This document shows positions 1-9,551 of a stretch of DNA of 49,606 nt, piece after piece (the stretch's first letter is position 1; every line of letters starts with the position of its first letter). Under the pieces are notes generated by a model. That model saw only the letters and a list, made by a program, of their open reading frames with translations. It searched no databases and was not told the origin of the DNA. Origin of the DNA: an uncultured bacterium. Its GTDB lineage: Bacteria; Patescibacteriota; Minisyncoccia; Phycocordibacterales; UBA9973. A program made the position numbers and the translations under genes. Location of the stretch: the NCBI GenBank assembly GCA_903929735.1, contig CAIYVW010000043.1, positions 1 through 49,606 on the forward strand, given 5' to 3'.

Positions 1-30
1 AAAAACCACCAATAATTATTGGTGGTTTTT
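1..30 (-). terminator. Rho-independent terminator hairpin downstream of CDS 47..463(-)
   Basis: Perfect 30-nt palindrome AAAAACCACCAATAATTATTGGTGGTTTTT, with a GC-containing stem flanked by A5/T5. Confidence 0.7.
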
Positions 31-46
31 ATATAAGAATTATAAA

Positions 47-463
47 TTATTTCTTTGGGCAAGCTTTAATAGCAGCAGCATAATCACTCTTAGCTACTTT
101 TAGAGCAGCTGATAATGTTGAAGTTGCAGATTTAATAGCAGCTTTGTAGTCTTTGTTGGCAGCTTTAATGGCTAGTGCAGATGCTTTTTTGTCAGTATTT
201 GCTTTAGCTAGAGTCATAGCTCCATCTTTAGCTGTTTTAGCATCTAATTTGGCTTGTTTAGCGGCGTCAGTAGCTGCTTTGATAGCTGTAGCACGTGCTG
301 TTTTAGCATTTGCAATACAAGCCTTCTTTGTAACAGTACTAGTAGTTGTTGTAGTTCCTGTATTTGTTCCTGTTGTAGTTGTTGTTTCTGCAGCAAAAGC
401 TGTTCCTGTCAACATTATACCTAGAGCCAATACTGGGAAAATAAACTTAATTTTATTTGTCAT
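47..463 (-). CDS. Secreted Thr-rich / Ala-Lys-rich repeat protein (hypothetical)
   Basis: Signal peptide MTNKIKFIFPVLALGIMLTGTAFA/AE, poly-Thr linker, then AK-rich helical repeats bracketed by two Cys. Terminator at 1..30. The mirror ORF 153..470(+) is judged an antisense artefact. Confidence 0.6.
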   Translation of the reverse strand: MTNKIKFIFPVLALGIMLTGTAFAAETTTTTGTNTGTTTTTSTVTKKACIANAKTARATAIKAATDAAKQAKLDAKTAKDGAMTLAKANTDKKASALAIKAANKDYKAAIKSATSTLSAALKVAKSDYAAAIKACPKK

Positions 464-541
464 ATTTTAAAAAAATTTAATATTAAATCGACCACTACTC
501 TTAGTACGCACTTGATCCTAGTTTTATCTCAAAATTAACTA

Positions 542-1153
542 TCATAAATTTTTATTTAGTCTATTTACGATTTTTTTCCAAAAAAGTGATATTCCTAATG
601 CAATTAAGGAAAATAGAAGAATAGTAAAGTTTCCAATAAGTTTACTTACAGCTTGCCAACTGTCCCCAAAAGAATAACCTATAATTGCGTAAAATAATAC
701 ACTAGAAAATGTTCCTATTATTTCATATATCATAAATTTTTTAAAAGTAGTCCTACCTAATCCACAAATAAAATTTATTGTAAGGGTAGATATAACTTCA
801 AAACGACTTAAGATTATTACAAAACCAGGTCTTTTGCTTATATTTCTTTCTATAATATTAAAATTCTTGGAATTTAATATTTTTTTTATAAAATATATTT
901 TAGATAATACTTTTTCTCCATATAATCTTGCCATCCAATATGATATATTATCTCCAATAAGATTTGCTAATATTACTACTATAAGGAGAGTAAAAAGATT
1001 AAAATAGCCTTGACTGGCAAAAGCAGCAGATGCTATGAGTAAAGTCCCAGCCGGAACAGGTATCGCTAAAGAAGCTAAAAATGTAATTATAAATATAGCC
1101 CAGTATTTATAGAGTAATACAAAAGGGAGAATAGCTTGGACGAGTAAATCCAT
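542..1153 (-). CDS. DedA/VTT-family membrane protein
   Basis: Polytopic protein with DedA-type segments (NLIGDNISYWMARLYGEK, RPGFVIILSRF). Confidence 0.75.
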   Translation of the reverse strand: MDLLVQAILPFVLLYKYWAIFIITFLASLAIPVPAGTLLIASAAFASQGYFNLFTLLIVVILANLIGDNISYWMARLYGEKVLSKIYFIKKILNSKNFNIIERNISKRPGFVIILSRFEVISTLTINFICGLGRTTFKKFMIYEIIGTFSSVLFYAIIGYSFGDSWQAVSKLIGNFTILLFSLIALGISLFWKKIVNRLNKNL

Positions 1154-1154
1154 A

Positions 1155-1550
1155 TTAATTATTGTTTCGGTAGTTAATAATTAAACTTTTAATATCAGTA
1201 AGTAGTGATATGAGATTTATTTTATATTTTTTTGCATATTTGTCTATACGAATATTGGGATATCTTGAATCACTTATATTTAAATTTTTCTGAAAATAAG
1301 AAGGATTTAATCTAAATATTATATTTATATAATCAAAAGTCATCCAGGGTTGAATATTTTTTACTGCTAATTCTTTACTATAATATAATTTATGTTTATT
1401 TATACTATTTTCAATTTTTAGGTTACCATTTTTATTTAATTGTTTAAATGTAATTATTAACCATATTAATGAAATAAAACATACTATTAATAGTATTATA
1501 TTGTAATATATTTTTTTTGTAGCACATTTATTTTTATCAAAAATTTTCAT
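1155..1550 (-). CDS. Hypothetical membrane-anchored protein
   Basis: Single N-terminal TM helix (IILLIVCFISLIWLIITF). Ends 1 nt before the DedA gene start. No recognisable domain. Confidence 0.5.
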   Translation of the reverse strand: MKIFDKNKCATKKIYYNIILLIVCFISLIWLIITFKQLNKNGNLKIENSINKHKLYYSKELAVKNIQPWMTFDYINIIFRLNPSYFQKNLNISDSRYPNIRIDKYAKKYKINLISLLTDIKSLIINYRNNN

Positions 1551-1675
1551 ATGATTTATTTTTTACTATTACATCAGTTAAATTTGTTTAATTATAACAT
1601 ACTTTTTTAATTGCTATTTATAGAATATATGTTATATTTACAAAAAATATTCTTTAAAAAACATAAAATTTTAGT

Positions 1676-2530
1676 ATGAGACAATTAAAAATCTTAAAAT
1701 CTATTACGAACAATGAAAGTCCTTCTTTGTATAAATACTTTAACGAAATTTCTAAGGTAAGTTTACTTTCCGTTGAAGAAGAGCTTGACTTGATAGTGAA
1801 AATAAAAAAAGGTGATAATGTTGCTTTTGAAAAATTTATTAAGTCGAATTTACTTTTTGTAGTTTCAGTAGCTAAACAATACCAGAATTTAGGATTATCT
1901 TTACCAGATCTTATAAATGAGGGAAACTTAGGTTTAATAAATGCTGTAAATAAATTTGATGAAACGAGAGGTTTTAAATTTATTTCTTATGCAGTTTGGT
2001 GGATCAGAGAATCTATAATGAGAGCTTTATCTCAAGAATCTATAATTCGTACCCCTATAAATTATATATCCTTGAAACATAAAATTAATAAAAAGAAGGA
2101 AGAGTATTTTAAAAAACATGAAAGAATTCCTTCTTCTTTTGAGTTATCTCAAGAGTTAAAGATAAAAGAAAAAGATATACAAAATTATTTATCTGTGTCT
2201 ATCGGATGTATTTCTTTAAATTATCCTATTGGTACTGACGGAGGTTCTATTATAGATATATTAATAAACGAAGAATCTGTTATACCAGATAGAGCTTTAA
2301 TGTATGAATCTCTTAAGAAAGAAATAAATATGATACTCAAAGAGCTCTCTAGTAAAGAAGCTTTTGTTTTACGTATGTATTTTGGTCTTGATTGTGATAA
2401 TTTGACTTCTGAACAAATAGCAGACCGTTTAGGTTTAACTTTTACAAGAGTTGACCAAATAAGGAGAGAAGCAATAGATAAGATTAAAAAAACGGAAAAA
2501 TTTATTATATTAAAATCTTATTTAGGTTAA
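1676..2530 (+). CDS. RNA polymerase sigma-70 family factor (RpoD/SigA-like, no long region 1.1)
   Basis: Region 2 (NLLFVVSVAKQYQNLGLSLPDLINEGNLGLINAVNKFDETRGFKFISYAVWWIRESI) and region 4 HTH (SEQIADRLGLTFTRVDQIRREAIDKI). Confidence 0.9.
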   Translation: MRQLKILKSITNNESPSLYKYFNEISKVSLLSVEEELDLIVKIKKGDNVAFEKFIKSNLLFVVSVAKQYQNLGLSLPDLINEGNLGLINAVNKFDETRGFKFISYAVWWIRESIMRALSQESIIRTPINYISLKHKINKKKEEYFKKHERIPSSFELSQELKIKEKDIQNYLSVSIGCISLNYPIGTDGGSIIDILINEESVIPDRALMYESLKKEINMILKELSSKEAFVLRMYFGLDCDNLTSEQIADRLGLTFTRVDQIRREAIDKIKKTEKFIILKSYLG

Positions 2531-2539
2531 AAATTTATT

Positions 2540-2565
2540 GGCCTCACTTTAAGTGAGGCCTTTTT
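2540..2565 (+). terminator. Intrinsic terminator of the sigma factor gene
   Basis: GGCCTCAC-TTTAA-GTGAGGCC followed by TTTTT. Confidence 0.8.
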
Positions 2566-2666
2566 AATTTCTTATTTAGGTTTTTTTATCATATTAGGTT
2601 ATAATAGTTAAATCTTATTAATAATATGATTGTCTTAAATTAATTTAGACAAATCTAATAATATAT

Positions 2667-2792
2667 ATGGCCAAAAGAGAAACAGGGCTTAAACCCCACA
2701 AAAAGTCACCAAGATCGCATAAAACAGTAAAACGTTTAGCTGTCAAGAAAGTTATGCTAGCTAAGAAAGTCGGTAAATCAAAATCTAAATAA
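2667..2792 (+). CDS. Small (41 aa) highly basic protein, unassigned
   Basis: ATG..TAA ORF below the ORF-track cutoff: MAKRETGLKPHKKSPRSHKTVKRLAVKKVMLAKKVGKSKSK. TATAAT-like box about 60 nt upstream. Its stop codon runs into a 48-nt perfect palindrome. Confidence 0.4.
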   Translation: MAKRETGLKPHKKSPRSHKTVKRLAVKKVMLAKKVGKSKSK

Positions 2793-2838
2793 CTTCTATA
2801 ATAAAACACTCCATCTGGAGTGTTTTATTATAGAAGTT
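2791..2838 (+). terminator. 48-nt perfect palindrome (23-bp arms), probable strong or bidirectional terminator
   Basis: AACTTCTATAATAAAACACTCCA-TC-TGGAGTGTTTTATTATAGAAGTT. The inner GC stem ACACTCC/GGAGTGT is followed by TTTTA. Confidence 0.65.
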
Positions 2839-2842
2839 ATTA

Positions 2843-3247
2843 ATGATTTTTTCATCAAAAAATGTTATTATCTGTCATATGAAATATACAAAACGTATAA
2901 TGAAATTTTTAAATCACTTAAACTTGAAAATAAGACATAATTTAAGTCATTGGCCAGTTCTTTATGCTTTTATTGGTAGTATTGGTGTTGTTTTAATATG
3001 GAGAGGGGTTTGGAAAATAGCAGATGACATAATGATGCCTGGATGGCTATCGATGTTTTTAGGGGTATTATTATCTCTTTCAACAGGTTTATTTGTATCC
3101 TTTTTTGTTGGTGATCAGATAATAATATCTGGTATTAAAAGGGAAAAAAGAATTGATGAAAAAACAGAAGCAGAAATAAAGAAAGAAGAAATTACATTAG
3201 ATGAAATAAAAGAGGATTTATCTAGGATAGAAAAGGAAATTAAATAA
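2843..3247 (+). CDS. Hypothetical two-TM membrane protein with charged C-terminal coiled-coil tail
   Basis: TM segments (WPVLYAFIGSIGVVLIW, LSMFLGVLLSLSTGLFVSFFV) and a K/E-rich tail. The true start may be an internal Met (2879). Confidence 0.5.
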   Translation: MIFSSKNVIICHMKYTKRIMKFLNHLNLKIRHNLSHWPVLYAFIGSIGVVLIWRGVWKIADDIMMPGWLSMFLGVLLSLSTGLFVSFFVGDQIIISGIKREKRIDEKTEAEIKKEEITLDEIKEDLSRIEKEIK

Positions 3248-3289
3248 TATGTTTTTAGTAAAAATTATAAATTTATCTGTATTATCTAA

Positions 3290-4783
3290 ATGAACAATCT
3301 ACCTATTACTTTATCTGTTATACCATTTTTATTTTTTGTATTTTTCTTAATAATAAATAAAACTTCTCTTTTAAAAGCTTCGGTTATTACTTTGGTTTTG
3401 TATACTTTACTTGCATTATTTTACTGGAAAATGATTCCTAGCCTTTTTTATGTTTCTTATGCAAAAGGATTTATGGTAGCTTTTGATATTTTTATCATAA
3501 TATTCGGAGCTATATTCTTCTTAGAAGTACTAAATGATTTAAAGATAATAAATAATATTTCTTATTATTTAGAACATTTTTCAAAGGATTATAGAGTACA
3601 GATAATAGTTATAGCTTGGTTCTTTGAAGCTTTTTTAGAAGGTACAGCTGGTTTTGGAACTCCAGCTGCTATAGCAGTGCCTTTATTAATAGGTTTAGGT
3701 TTACCTCCAATAAGAGCTTTAGTTGTTGGACTACTAGGCAATAGTACTGCTGGTGTTTTTGGGGCAGCTGGTACTCCTATAAATGTAGGTTTTGCTGGCT
3801 TAAAATTTGGATTAGTTCCATCTATGGCAGCTATGATTAACTGTGTTGGTTTTATTGTGCCAATTTTTATGCTCTGGGTTATTACTGAAGATAGAAAAAA
3901 TAGAAAATATGAATTTCTAAATGCTTTACCATTTGCAATATGGTCAGGTATTTTATTTGTAATTCCTTCATTTATTATTTCATTATTCTGGCCTGAGTTT
4001 CCTTCAATTATTGGTTCTTTAGTAGGTATTATTTTAATAATGATTACTACTAAGCTTGGTTTGTTTGTTCCTAAAGAAATATTAAGTCTAAAAAATGAAA
4101 AAGAATTAATTTCTACTATGTCACCATTTAAATCTTTCTTGCCATATCTGATTTTAGTATTTTCCCTTATTTTAGGAAAAATTTTCTTTGGGAGTATTGG
4201 AATACCTATTAAATTGGGATTTACACACATATTTAATTTATTTAATCCTGGTTTTGCTTTTATCATCTCTGGAGTTTTAGTTGCTCTAATTTGGAGAAGT
4301 AAAAAAGAAATAATAAAAGATTCAGTAAAATCTGCGATAAAGGGAGCTGTGGGACCATTCTTTGTGATAGTTTCTATGCTAGCTATGGTTCAAGTGATGA
4401 TAAATTCTGGTCAAAATTCATCAGGTCTTCCTTCTGCTATTATCGTAATTGCTAAGTTTTTCGAAACTTCTTTTTTGCCATTTTTTGCCCCATTTATTGG
4501 AGCTTTTGGTGGGTTTATAACAGGTAGTGTAACTGTTTCAAATATTTTATTTGGGCATTTATTTTTTACTGCTGCAACAGGATTAAATTTAAATACACAA
4601 TTTATTCTATCTCTGGGAGTTGTAGGAGCGGCAGCAGGTAATATGATAGCCTTAGCTGATATATTAACAGCTGAGGCTGTTGTTGGTGTTAAAAATCAGG
4701 AAAGACAAATATTAAAAGGAGTTTTTGTTCCATGTCTTATTTATTTAATTTTAGTAGGTATTATAGGAATGATATTTTTGTAA
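3290..4783 (+). CDS. lctP: L-lactate/glycolate permease (LctP family)
   Basis: About 13 TM segments with the LctP-type motif EGTAGFGTPAAIAVPLLIGLG and a C-terminal GAAAGNMIAL segment. Confidence 0.8.
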   Translation: MNNLPITLSVIPFLFFVFFLIINKTSLLKASVITLVLYTLLALFYWKMIPSLFYVSYAKGFMVAFDIFIIIFGAIFFLEVLNDLKIINNISYYLEHFSKDYRVQIIVIAWFFEAFLEGTAGFGTPAAIAVPLLIGLGLPPIRALVVGLLGNSTAGVFGAAGTPINVGFAGLKFGLVPSMAAMINCVGFIVPIFMLWVITEDRKNRKYEFLNALPFAIWSGILFVIPSFIISLFWPEFPSIIGSLVGIILIMITTKLGLFVPKEILSLKNEKELISTMSPFKSFLPYLILVFSLILGKIFFGSIGIPIKLGFTHIFNLFNPGFAFIISGVLVALIWRSKKEIIKDSVKSAIKGAVGPFFVIVSMLAMVQVMINSGQNSSGLPSAIIVIAKFFETSFLPFFAPFIGAFGGFITGSVTVSNILFGHLFFTAATGLNLNTQFILSLGVVGAAAGNMIALADILTAEAVVGVKNQERQILKGVFVPCLIYLILVGIIGMIFL

Positions 4784-4786
4784 TTT

Positions 4787-5023
4787 ATGTATATAAAAAT
4801 TAAAGTGGAAGTAGGTAGTAAAAAAGAGAAAATAATTAAAAAAGGGGATATCAGATATGAAATAAAAGTTAAAGAACCAGCTGAGAGGAACCTTGCTAAT
4901 ACACGCATTCGTGAAATAATAGCTAGTATTTATAAGATTAATATAAAATCTACCCGTATTATAAGTGGACATCAAAGTCAAAATAAGATAATTTCAGTTA
5001 ATTTGCCTGAAAATTTGCTATAA
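4787..5023 (+). CDS. DUF167 (YggU-like) small protein
   Basis: Pattern IKVKEPAERNLANTRIREIIASIYKI...IISGHQSQNKII matches the YggU/UPF0235 layout (P..G.AN..L...L; G..S..K). Confidence 0.65.
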   Translation: MYIKIKVEVGSKKEKIIKKGDIRYEIKVKEPAERNLANTRIREIIASIYKINIKSTRIISGHQSQNKIISVNLPENLL

Positions 5024-5055
5024 TGTAAGTATTATTAATAATCTATTATTAAAAT

Positions 5056-5439
5056 ATGACTACAAATATAAAAGGAACTAATATGGAGTTAACATTAGCT
5101 ATTAGTGATTATATTAATAAAAAGACTGAATCTATAAATAAGTTTGTTTCAGAAGGAGAAGAATTATCTATCTATGTAGAAGTAGGAAAGACTACAAACC
5201 ATCATAAACAAGGAAATTTTTATAAAGCTGAATTTGATGTGCAGATTAATGGAGAAAAGTTTTTTACTGATTCAGAAAAAAGTGATTTATATAAAGCAAT
5301 TGATGATGCAAAAGATGAAGTTGTCAGAAAAATAAAAAGTAATAAAAAAAGAAAAAATACTCTTTTTAAAAGAGGAGCTATAAGCTTGAAGAAAATGGTT
5401 AAAGGTATATCAAGTAGAAATCCTTTTACATCTAAATAG
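5056..5439 (+). CDS. hpf: Ribosome hibernation promoting factor / RaiA family
   Basis: MTTNIKGTNMELTLAISDYINKK... and DLYKAIDDAKDEVVRKI are typical of the sigma-54 modulation/HPF fold. Confidence 0.8.
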   Translation: MTTNIKGTNMELTLAISDYINKKTESINKFVSEGEELSIYVEVGKTTNHHKQGNFYKAEFDVQINGEKFFTDSEKSDLYKAIDDAKDEVVRKIKSNKKRKNTLFKRGAISLKKMVKGISSRNPFTSK

Positions 5440-5444
5440 TAACA

Positions 5445-6299
5445 TTAATTCCATTTTAGGAATTCCTCGTAACTTATTTCTTTTCTACCTTCAGGAACAA
5501 CTCGTTTTATTATAAACGAGTTGTTTTCATAATTAGCTTCAGTTATTTTTACTCTAATCTTTTTTCCTTTTTTAATTATATAAAAAAATACATTAGGCCA
5601 ACCATAAAAAGCTCTATATTTATTCCAGTTTTCTTTTCCATTACCATTTATATCTATTTCTCCGTCTTCCTTTTTAATTTTTTTGCAAAATGTAGCTCTA
5701 CTTTCATCTTGAGGTTTTGGTTTTAATTCTTTATTTATTATCTTTGGTAGAATATCACATAGAACTTTTCCTCCTAAGTTTACTAATTGATTTTTGATCT
5801 CTTCTTTTGTTGTTTCTGTTGGAATTTCAATTTCACTTTCTGCCAATATAGGACCACTATCTAATTTCCATTCCATTTGTTGTATGCTTATGCCTGTTTT
5901 TGAGTCCCCGTTTAGGAAAGAAGCTTCCAGAGGGGATGCTCCTCTCCATAAAGGAAGAAGGGAGTAATGTATATTAATAGTTCCTAACTTCGGAGTTTTT
6001 ATTAGTAATTCTGGTAAAATTTTTCCATAAGCAACTACGATAAATAAATCTAAATTTAATTTATTTAGTTCTTCTGTGAATTCACCAGTAATTTTATCTG
6101 GCTTTATACATTTTATATTATTTAAATTTGCCCAGGTACTTACGGGAGTTTCTTTCATCATTAGGCCTCTACCTGAGGGTGTGTCAGGAGAAGTAATAAT
6201 TAATTCAGGGATATATCCGTTATCTTTTAATATAGATAAAGTTTTACTAGCTATTTCTGGAGTGCCAAAGTATGCAAATTTTAAATTATTGTTTGGCAT
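5445..6299 (-). CDS. fmt: Methionyl-tRNA formyltransferase
   Basis: FGTPEIA N-terminus, INIHYSLLPLWRGASPLE motif, C-terminal fmt domain. Directly downstream of def. Confidence 0.9.
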   Translation of the reverse strand: MPNNNLKFAYFGTPEIASKTLSILKDNGYIPELIITSPDTPSGRGLMMKETPVSTWANLNNIKCIKPDKITGEFTEELNKLNLDLFIVVAYGKILPELLIKTPKLGTINIHYSLLPLWRGASPLEASFLNGDSKTGISIQQMEWKLDSGPILAESEIEIPTETTKEEIKNQLVNLGGKVLCDILPKIINKELKPKPQDESRATFCKKIKKEDGEIDINGNGKENWNKYRAFYGWPNVFFYIIKKGKKIRVKITEANYENNSFIIKRVVPEGRKEISYEEFLKWN

Positions 6300-6310
6300 T
6301 TTGTTTAAAA

Positions 6311-6856
6311 TTAATTAAGTAATTCATCTAAGGATTCGTGTATATCTTTTGCTTTATCTATAAATAGAATGCCGTCTAAATGGTCTGTTTCATGTTGAAA
6401 TATATGAGCAAGTAAACCACTTGCACTCTTCGTAAATTTCTTACCATCCTCATCATAAGCTTCTACTGTTGCTCTTGTTGCTCGACGAACTTTTCCGTAT
6501 AAGGGTCTGACAGATAGACATCCTTCTGAAAGTAGTTTTCTATCCTTGGACATTTTTTTTAATATAGGATTTATGAAAACTATATCACTTTGTCGTGCTT
6601 TCTTGTATAAGTCACCCTCGATAGAACTTTTCTCTCTTATAAAATCTTCATCGAATATTCTTCCAGATACTACAAATATTCTTAATGATACTCCAATCTG
6701 AGGAGCTGCAATAGCAACTCCATCACTTTGAGAATCTAAAGCCAGTATCATATCTCTTATAATGGATTTGATCTTTGGTTTTGTTATATCGGTTACTGGA
6801 ACTTCTTTCGAGACTATACGTAAGACTGGATTTTCGCTTTGAATAATTTCAACCAT
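6311..6856 (-). CDS. def: Peptide deformylase
   Basis: All three PDF motifs are present: GVAIAAPQIG, EGCLS, HETDHLDG. Confidence 0.93.
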   Translation of the reverse strand: MVEIIQSENPVLRIVSKEVPVTDITKPKIKSIIRDMILALDSQSDGVAIAAPQIGVSLRIFVVSGRIFDEDFIREKSSIEGDLYKKARQSDIVFINPILKKMSKDRKLLSEGCLSVRPLYGKVRRATRATVEAYDEDGKKFTKSASGLLAHIFQHETDHLDGILFIDKAKDIHESLDELLN

Positions 6857-6860
6857 ATTT

Positions 6861-8138
6861 TTATTTTAGATTTTTAATATATTCTAGCAACTCGGGTAGC
6901 TTAACTGTATCTTGAGATCGATTGCTCATATCTCTAAAGATTACTGTATTATCCATTACTTCTTTTTGACCATAGATTATTGCATATCTCATTCCTAGTT
7001 TTTCTGCTACTGCTAACTGTGCTCCCAAATTATCCTTAGAGATAGACTGAGCTATGGCAACTTTACCCTTACGAAGAATTTCAATAACATTTAAAGATTT
7101 TAACTTAGCATCAAAACCAAGTTGTATGAAATATATTTTAGGTTTTTTGATTATTCTTGGAGAAAGTTTGGCAAACCAAGGTGATTCAACAACTCTATCT
7201 ACTCCTATAGCAATACCAACAGCAGGAACATCCTTTTTACCTCCTAATTGCTTACCTAAGTAGTCATAACGTCCTCCTCCAGCTATAGTTATCTTTTTAC
7301 CTGTTTCTTCGTCATCTACCATTATTTCAACAACAGTTCTAGTGTAGTATGAAAGACCACGAACCAGACACTTGTTTATATTGTAAGGTATTTCCATTTT
7401 TTCAAGATATTCTAATACTTCTTTGAAATGTTTTTTACAAGCAGGACAGAGATGAGAAAGAGTATCAGGAGCATTTTGATTTAGCTCTATGGTTTTCTCT
7501 TCTTTTGAATCTAAAATACGAAGTGGATTAGTTTTTAGTCTTTCTCTGTCTATAGCAGGAAGAATGTTTATATTTTTCTTATAGAAAGATACTAGTTCTT
7601 TTATATAAGAAGAACGGCACTCTTTGTCTCCAATAGAATTTATATCAACTGTTAGATTTTTGGCTCCGGCTTCTTCTAGTATCGTCCATGTTGTTTTAAT
7701 TACCAAAGCATCTAAAATACTTTTTTCACTTCCAAGAGCATCTAAATCAAATTGTGAAAATTGACGGTAACGTCCTTTTTGGGGATTGTCATGTCTAAAG
7801 CTAGGTCCATAAGTGTAGAAAAGTAAAGGTTGTGGTAAAGATTGCATACCATGTTCTATATAGCTTCTCATGAGACCTGCAGTGTGTTCAGGCCTTAATG
7901 CTAAATGGTCTCCACCTTTAGTTTTAAGTGTATACATTTCTTTATCTATAATATCTGTACCTTCTCCAATAGAAGATGTAAAAACTCCTTCTTGTTCGAC
8001 AATAGGTGTACTAATAGGTTTAAAACCATAATAAACAGATATCTCTTGTGCTTTTTCGAAGAAACCTTGAAAGTGGTAGTATTCTTCGTCTATGATGTCT
8101 CTCATTCCCTTTAGGGATAAAAATGGATCTTTGCTCAT
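6861..8138 (-). CDS. hisS: Histidine--tRNA ligase
   Basis: GMRDI, LRPEHTAGLMR, YYTRTVVE and AGGGRYD class II HisRS motifs, plus a C-terminal anticodon-binding domain. Confidence 0.93.
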   Translation of the reverse strand: MSKDPFLSLKGMRDIIDEEYYHFQGFFEKAQEISVYYGFKPISTPIVEQEGVFTSSIGEGTDIIDKEMYTLKTKGGDHLALRPEHTAGLMRSYIEHGMQSLPQPLLFYTYGPSFRHDNPQKGRYRQFSQFDLDALGSEKSILDALVIKTTWTILEEAGAKNLTVDINSIGDKECRSSYIKELVSFYKKNINILPAIDRERLKTNPLRILDSKEEKTIELNQNAPDTLSHLCPACKKHFKEVLEYLEKMEIPYNINKCLVRGLSYYTRTVVEIMVDDEETGKKITIAGGGRYDYLGKQLGGKKDVPAVGIAIGVDRVVESPWFAKLSPRIIKKPKIYFIQLGFDAKLKSLNVIEILRKGKVAIAQSISKDNLGAQLAVAEKLGMRYAIIYGQKEVMDNTVIFRDMSNRSQDTVKLPELLEYIKNLK

Positions 8139-8143
8139 ATTAA

Positions 8144-8740
8144 TTATTGGTTAAAAACACCTGGTAAATAAGAAGCTGTCTTTAATGGTAGTAATCTTAA
8201 GAAAGCTCTACCTATTAATAACTTTTTAGGAAGTAATCCCCATGTTCTTGAATCAGAACTTCTGTTTCGGTTATCTCCCATTACAAAGTATTCGTCATTT
8301 CCTATTGTGATAATTTGAGTGGTATCAAATGGTTCATCTATGTATGGTTCGTCTAATAATTTTCCTACGCAATCAGTTGTATTTCCACAAGAGTAAACTG
8401 TAACTTTTCCATTTTCTATCTTAACTGTTTCATTAGGTAAACCTATTATTCTTTTAATAAAGAAACGAGATGTGTCTCCTGGGTATCTAAACACTACAAC
8501 ATCCCCTCTATGAGCTGAACCTATAATATAAGAAAGTTCATCTACTATTAAATATTGACCATTATCGAAAGTAGGGAACATAGATTCACCAGATACTATA
8601 AAAGGTTGTGCAACCCACATACGTATAGGAATAACTATAACTAAAGCAATGATAGCAAATTTAAGAAGTTCCCATCCACTTTCTAAAAATTCATTAAGTT
8701 TCGTTTTTGTTGGCACATTTCCATTTAAATTATTTTCCAT
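8144..8740 (-). CDS. lepB: Signal peptidase I
   Basis: N-terminal TM, catalytic-Ser box GESMFPTF, Lys box FIKRIIGLP, GDNRNRSSDSR box. Confidence 0.9.
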   Translation of the reverse strand: MENNLNGNVPTKTKLNEFLESGWELLKFAIIALVIVIPIRMWVAQPFIVSGESMFPTFDNGQYLIVDELSYIIGSAHRGDVVVFRYPGDTSRFFIKRIIGLPNETVKIENGKVTVYSCGNTTDCVGKLLDEPYIDEPFDTTQIITIGNDEYFVMGDNRNRSSDSRTWGLLPKKLLIGRAFLRLLPLKTASYLPGVFNQ

Positions 8741-8952
8741 ATATGCGCTATTTTAGCATATAAATTATATTGACAGAATATGTTTTAGTGTGTTGTGGTA
8801 TAATATTTTGTAATTAAAATGAATTCTGTAAAAGTAAAAATATAATTTAAACGAAAAATTTGCTTTATTTTTTTAATGCTGACTTTTATAATACATTTCT
8901 AATTAATTATTTAATTTCGTAATTATAGTTATTTTATGATAATATAAAACTT

Positions 8953-9540
8953 ATGATGTTAATTGTTGGTCTTGGAAACCCAGGAAAAGAATATGAGAAT
9001 ACTCGTCATAATGCTGGACGAATTATTTTAGAAAAAATTGCTAAAGCAAATGATTTTATGGATTGGAAAGATGATATGAAATTGAAATCTTTCCGATCTA
9101 AAGGAGAACTTAATAGAGAAAAAGTAGAATTTTTATTACCTAATACTTTTATGAATAATTCAGGTATAGCTGTTTGTCAGATCATTGATAATCCTAAGAA
9201 ATTGAAGAATCTAGTAGTTGTCTATGATGACATGGATTTGCCTGTTGGAAGTTTAAAGATCTCATTCAATAGAAGTTCTGGTGGTCACAATGGTCTTGAA
9301 TCTGTAATAAAGAAGGTTAAATCTCGCGAATTTGTGCGTATTCGTATCGGTGTCTGTCCGGTAACTCCTACAGGTAAATTCAAAAAACCAAAAGGGGAAG
9401 AAGCAGTATTGAAATTCTTACTAGGTGTCTTTAAAGAAGATGAATTAAAAATAGTTAAAAATCAAGCTAAAAAAGTTACTGAAATTATAACGATGCTTTC
9501 TGCTGAAGGGAAAGATAAAGCGATGACGTTGTTTAATTAA
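8953..9540 (+). CDS. pth: Peptidyl-tRNA hydrolase
   Basis: LIVGLGNPGKEYENTRHNAG and SGGHNGLES motifs. Confidence 0.93.
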   Translation: MMLIVGLGNPGKEYENTRHNAGRIILEKIAKANDFMDWKDDMKLKSFRSKGELNREKVEFLLPNTFMNNSGIAVCQIIDNPKKLKNLVVVYDDMDLPVGSLKISFNRSSGGHNGLESVIKKVKSREFVRIRIGVCPVTPTGKFKKPKGEEAVLKFLLGVFKEDELKIVKNQAKKVTEIITMLSAEGKDKAMTLFN

Positions 9541-9551
9541 TAGAAAATAAT

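Noticed and set aside
153-470. 105-aa plus-strand ORF mirroring 47..463(-)
   Set aside because: It is the antisense reading of an Ala/Thr/Lys-rich gene, so the low-complexity sequence stays open on both strands. The minus-strand product has a proper signal peptide and a terminator at 1..30.
3589-4266. 225-aa minus-strand ORF
   Set aside because: It lies entirely antisense inside the well-supported lactate permease gene and its product is low-complexity. The same reasoning applies to the other short antisense ORFs in the track. These include 4751..4981, 6076..6318, 7054..7263, 7905..8114, 10062..10319, 10692..10895, 12839..13027, 13208..13399, 13649..13840, 14779..14979, 15091..15282, 18013..18324 and 18370..18726. 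Also 19056..19247, 20622..20831, 22336..22542, 25025..25447, 27305..27508, 30685..30906, 31279..31491 and 31681..32025. Also 33357..33677, 33653..33850, 34560..34844, 34922..35131, 36201..36383, 39995..40210, 40588..40782, 43291..43521, 46141..46344, 46829..47029 and 48048..48293.
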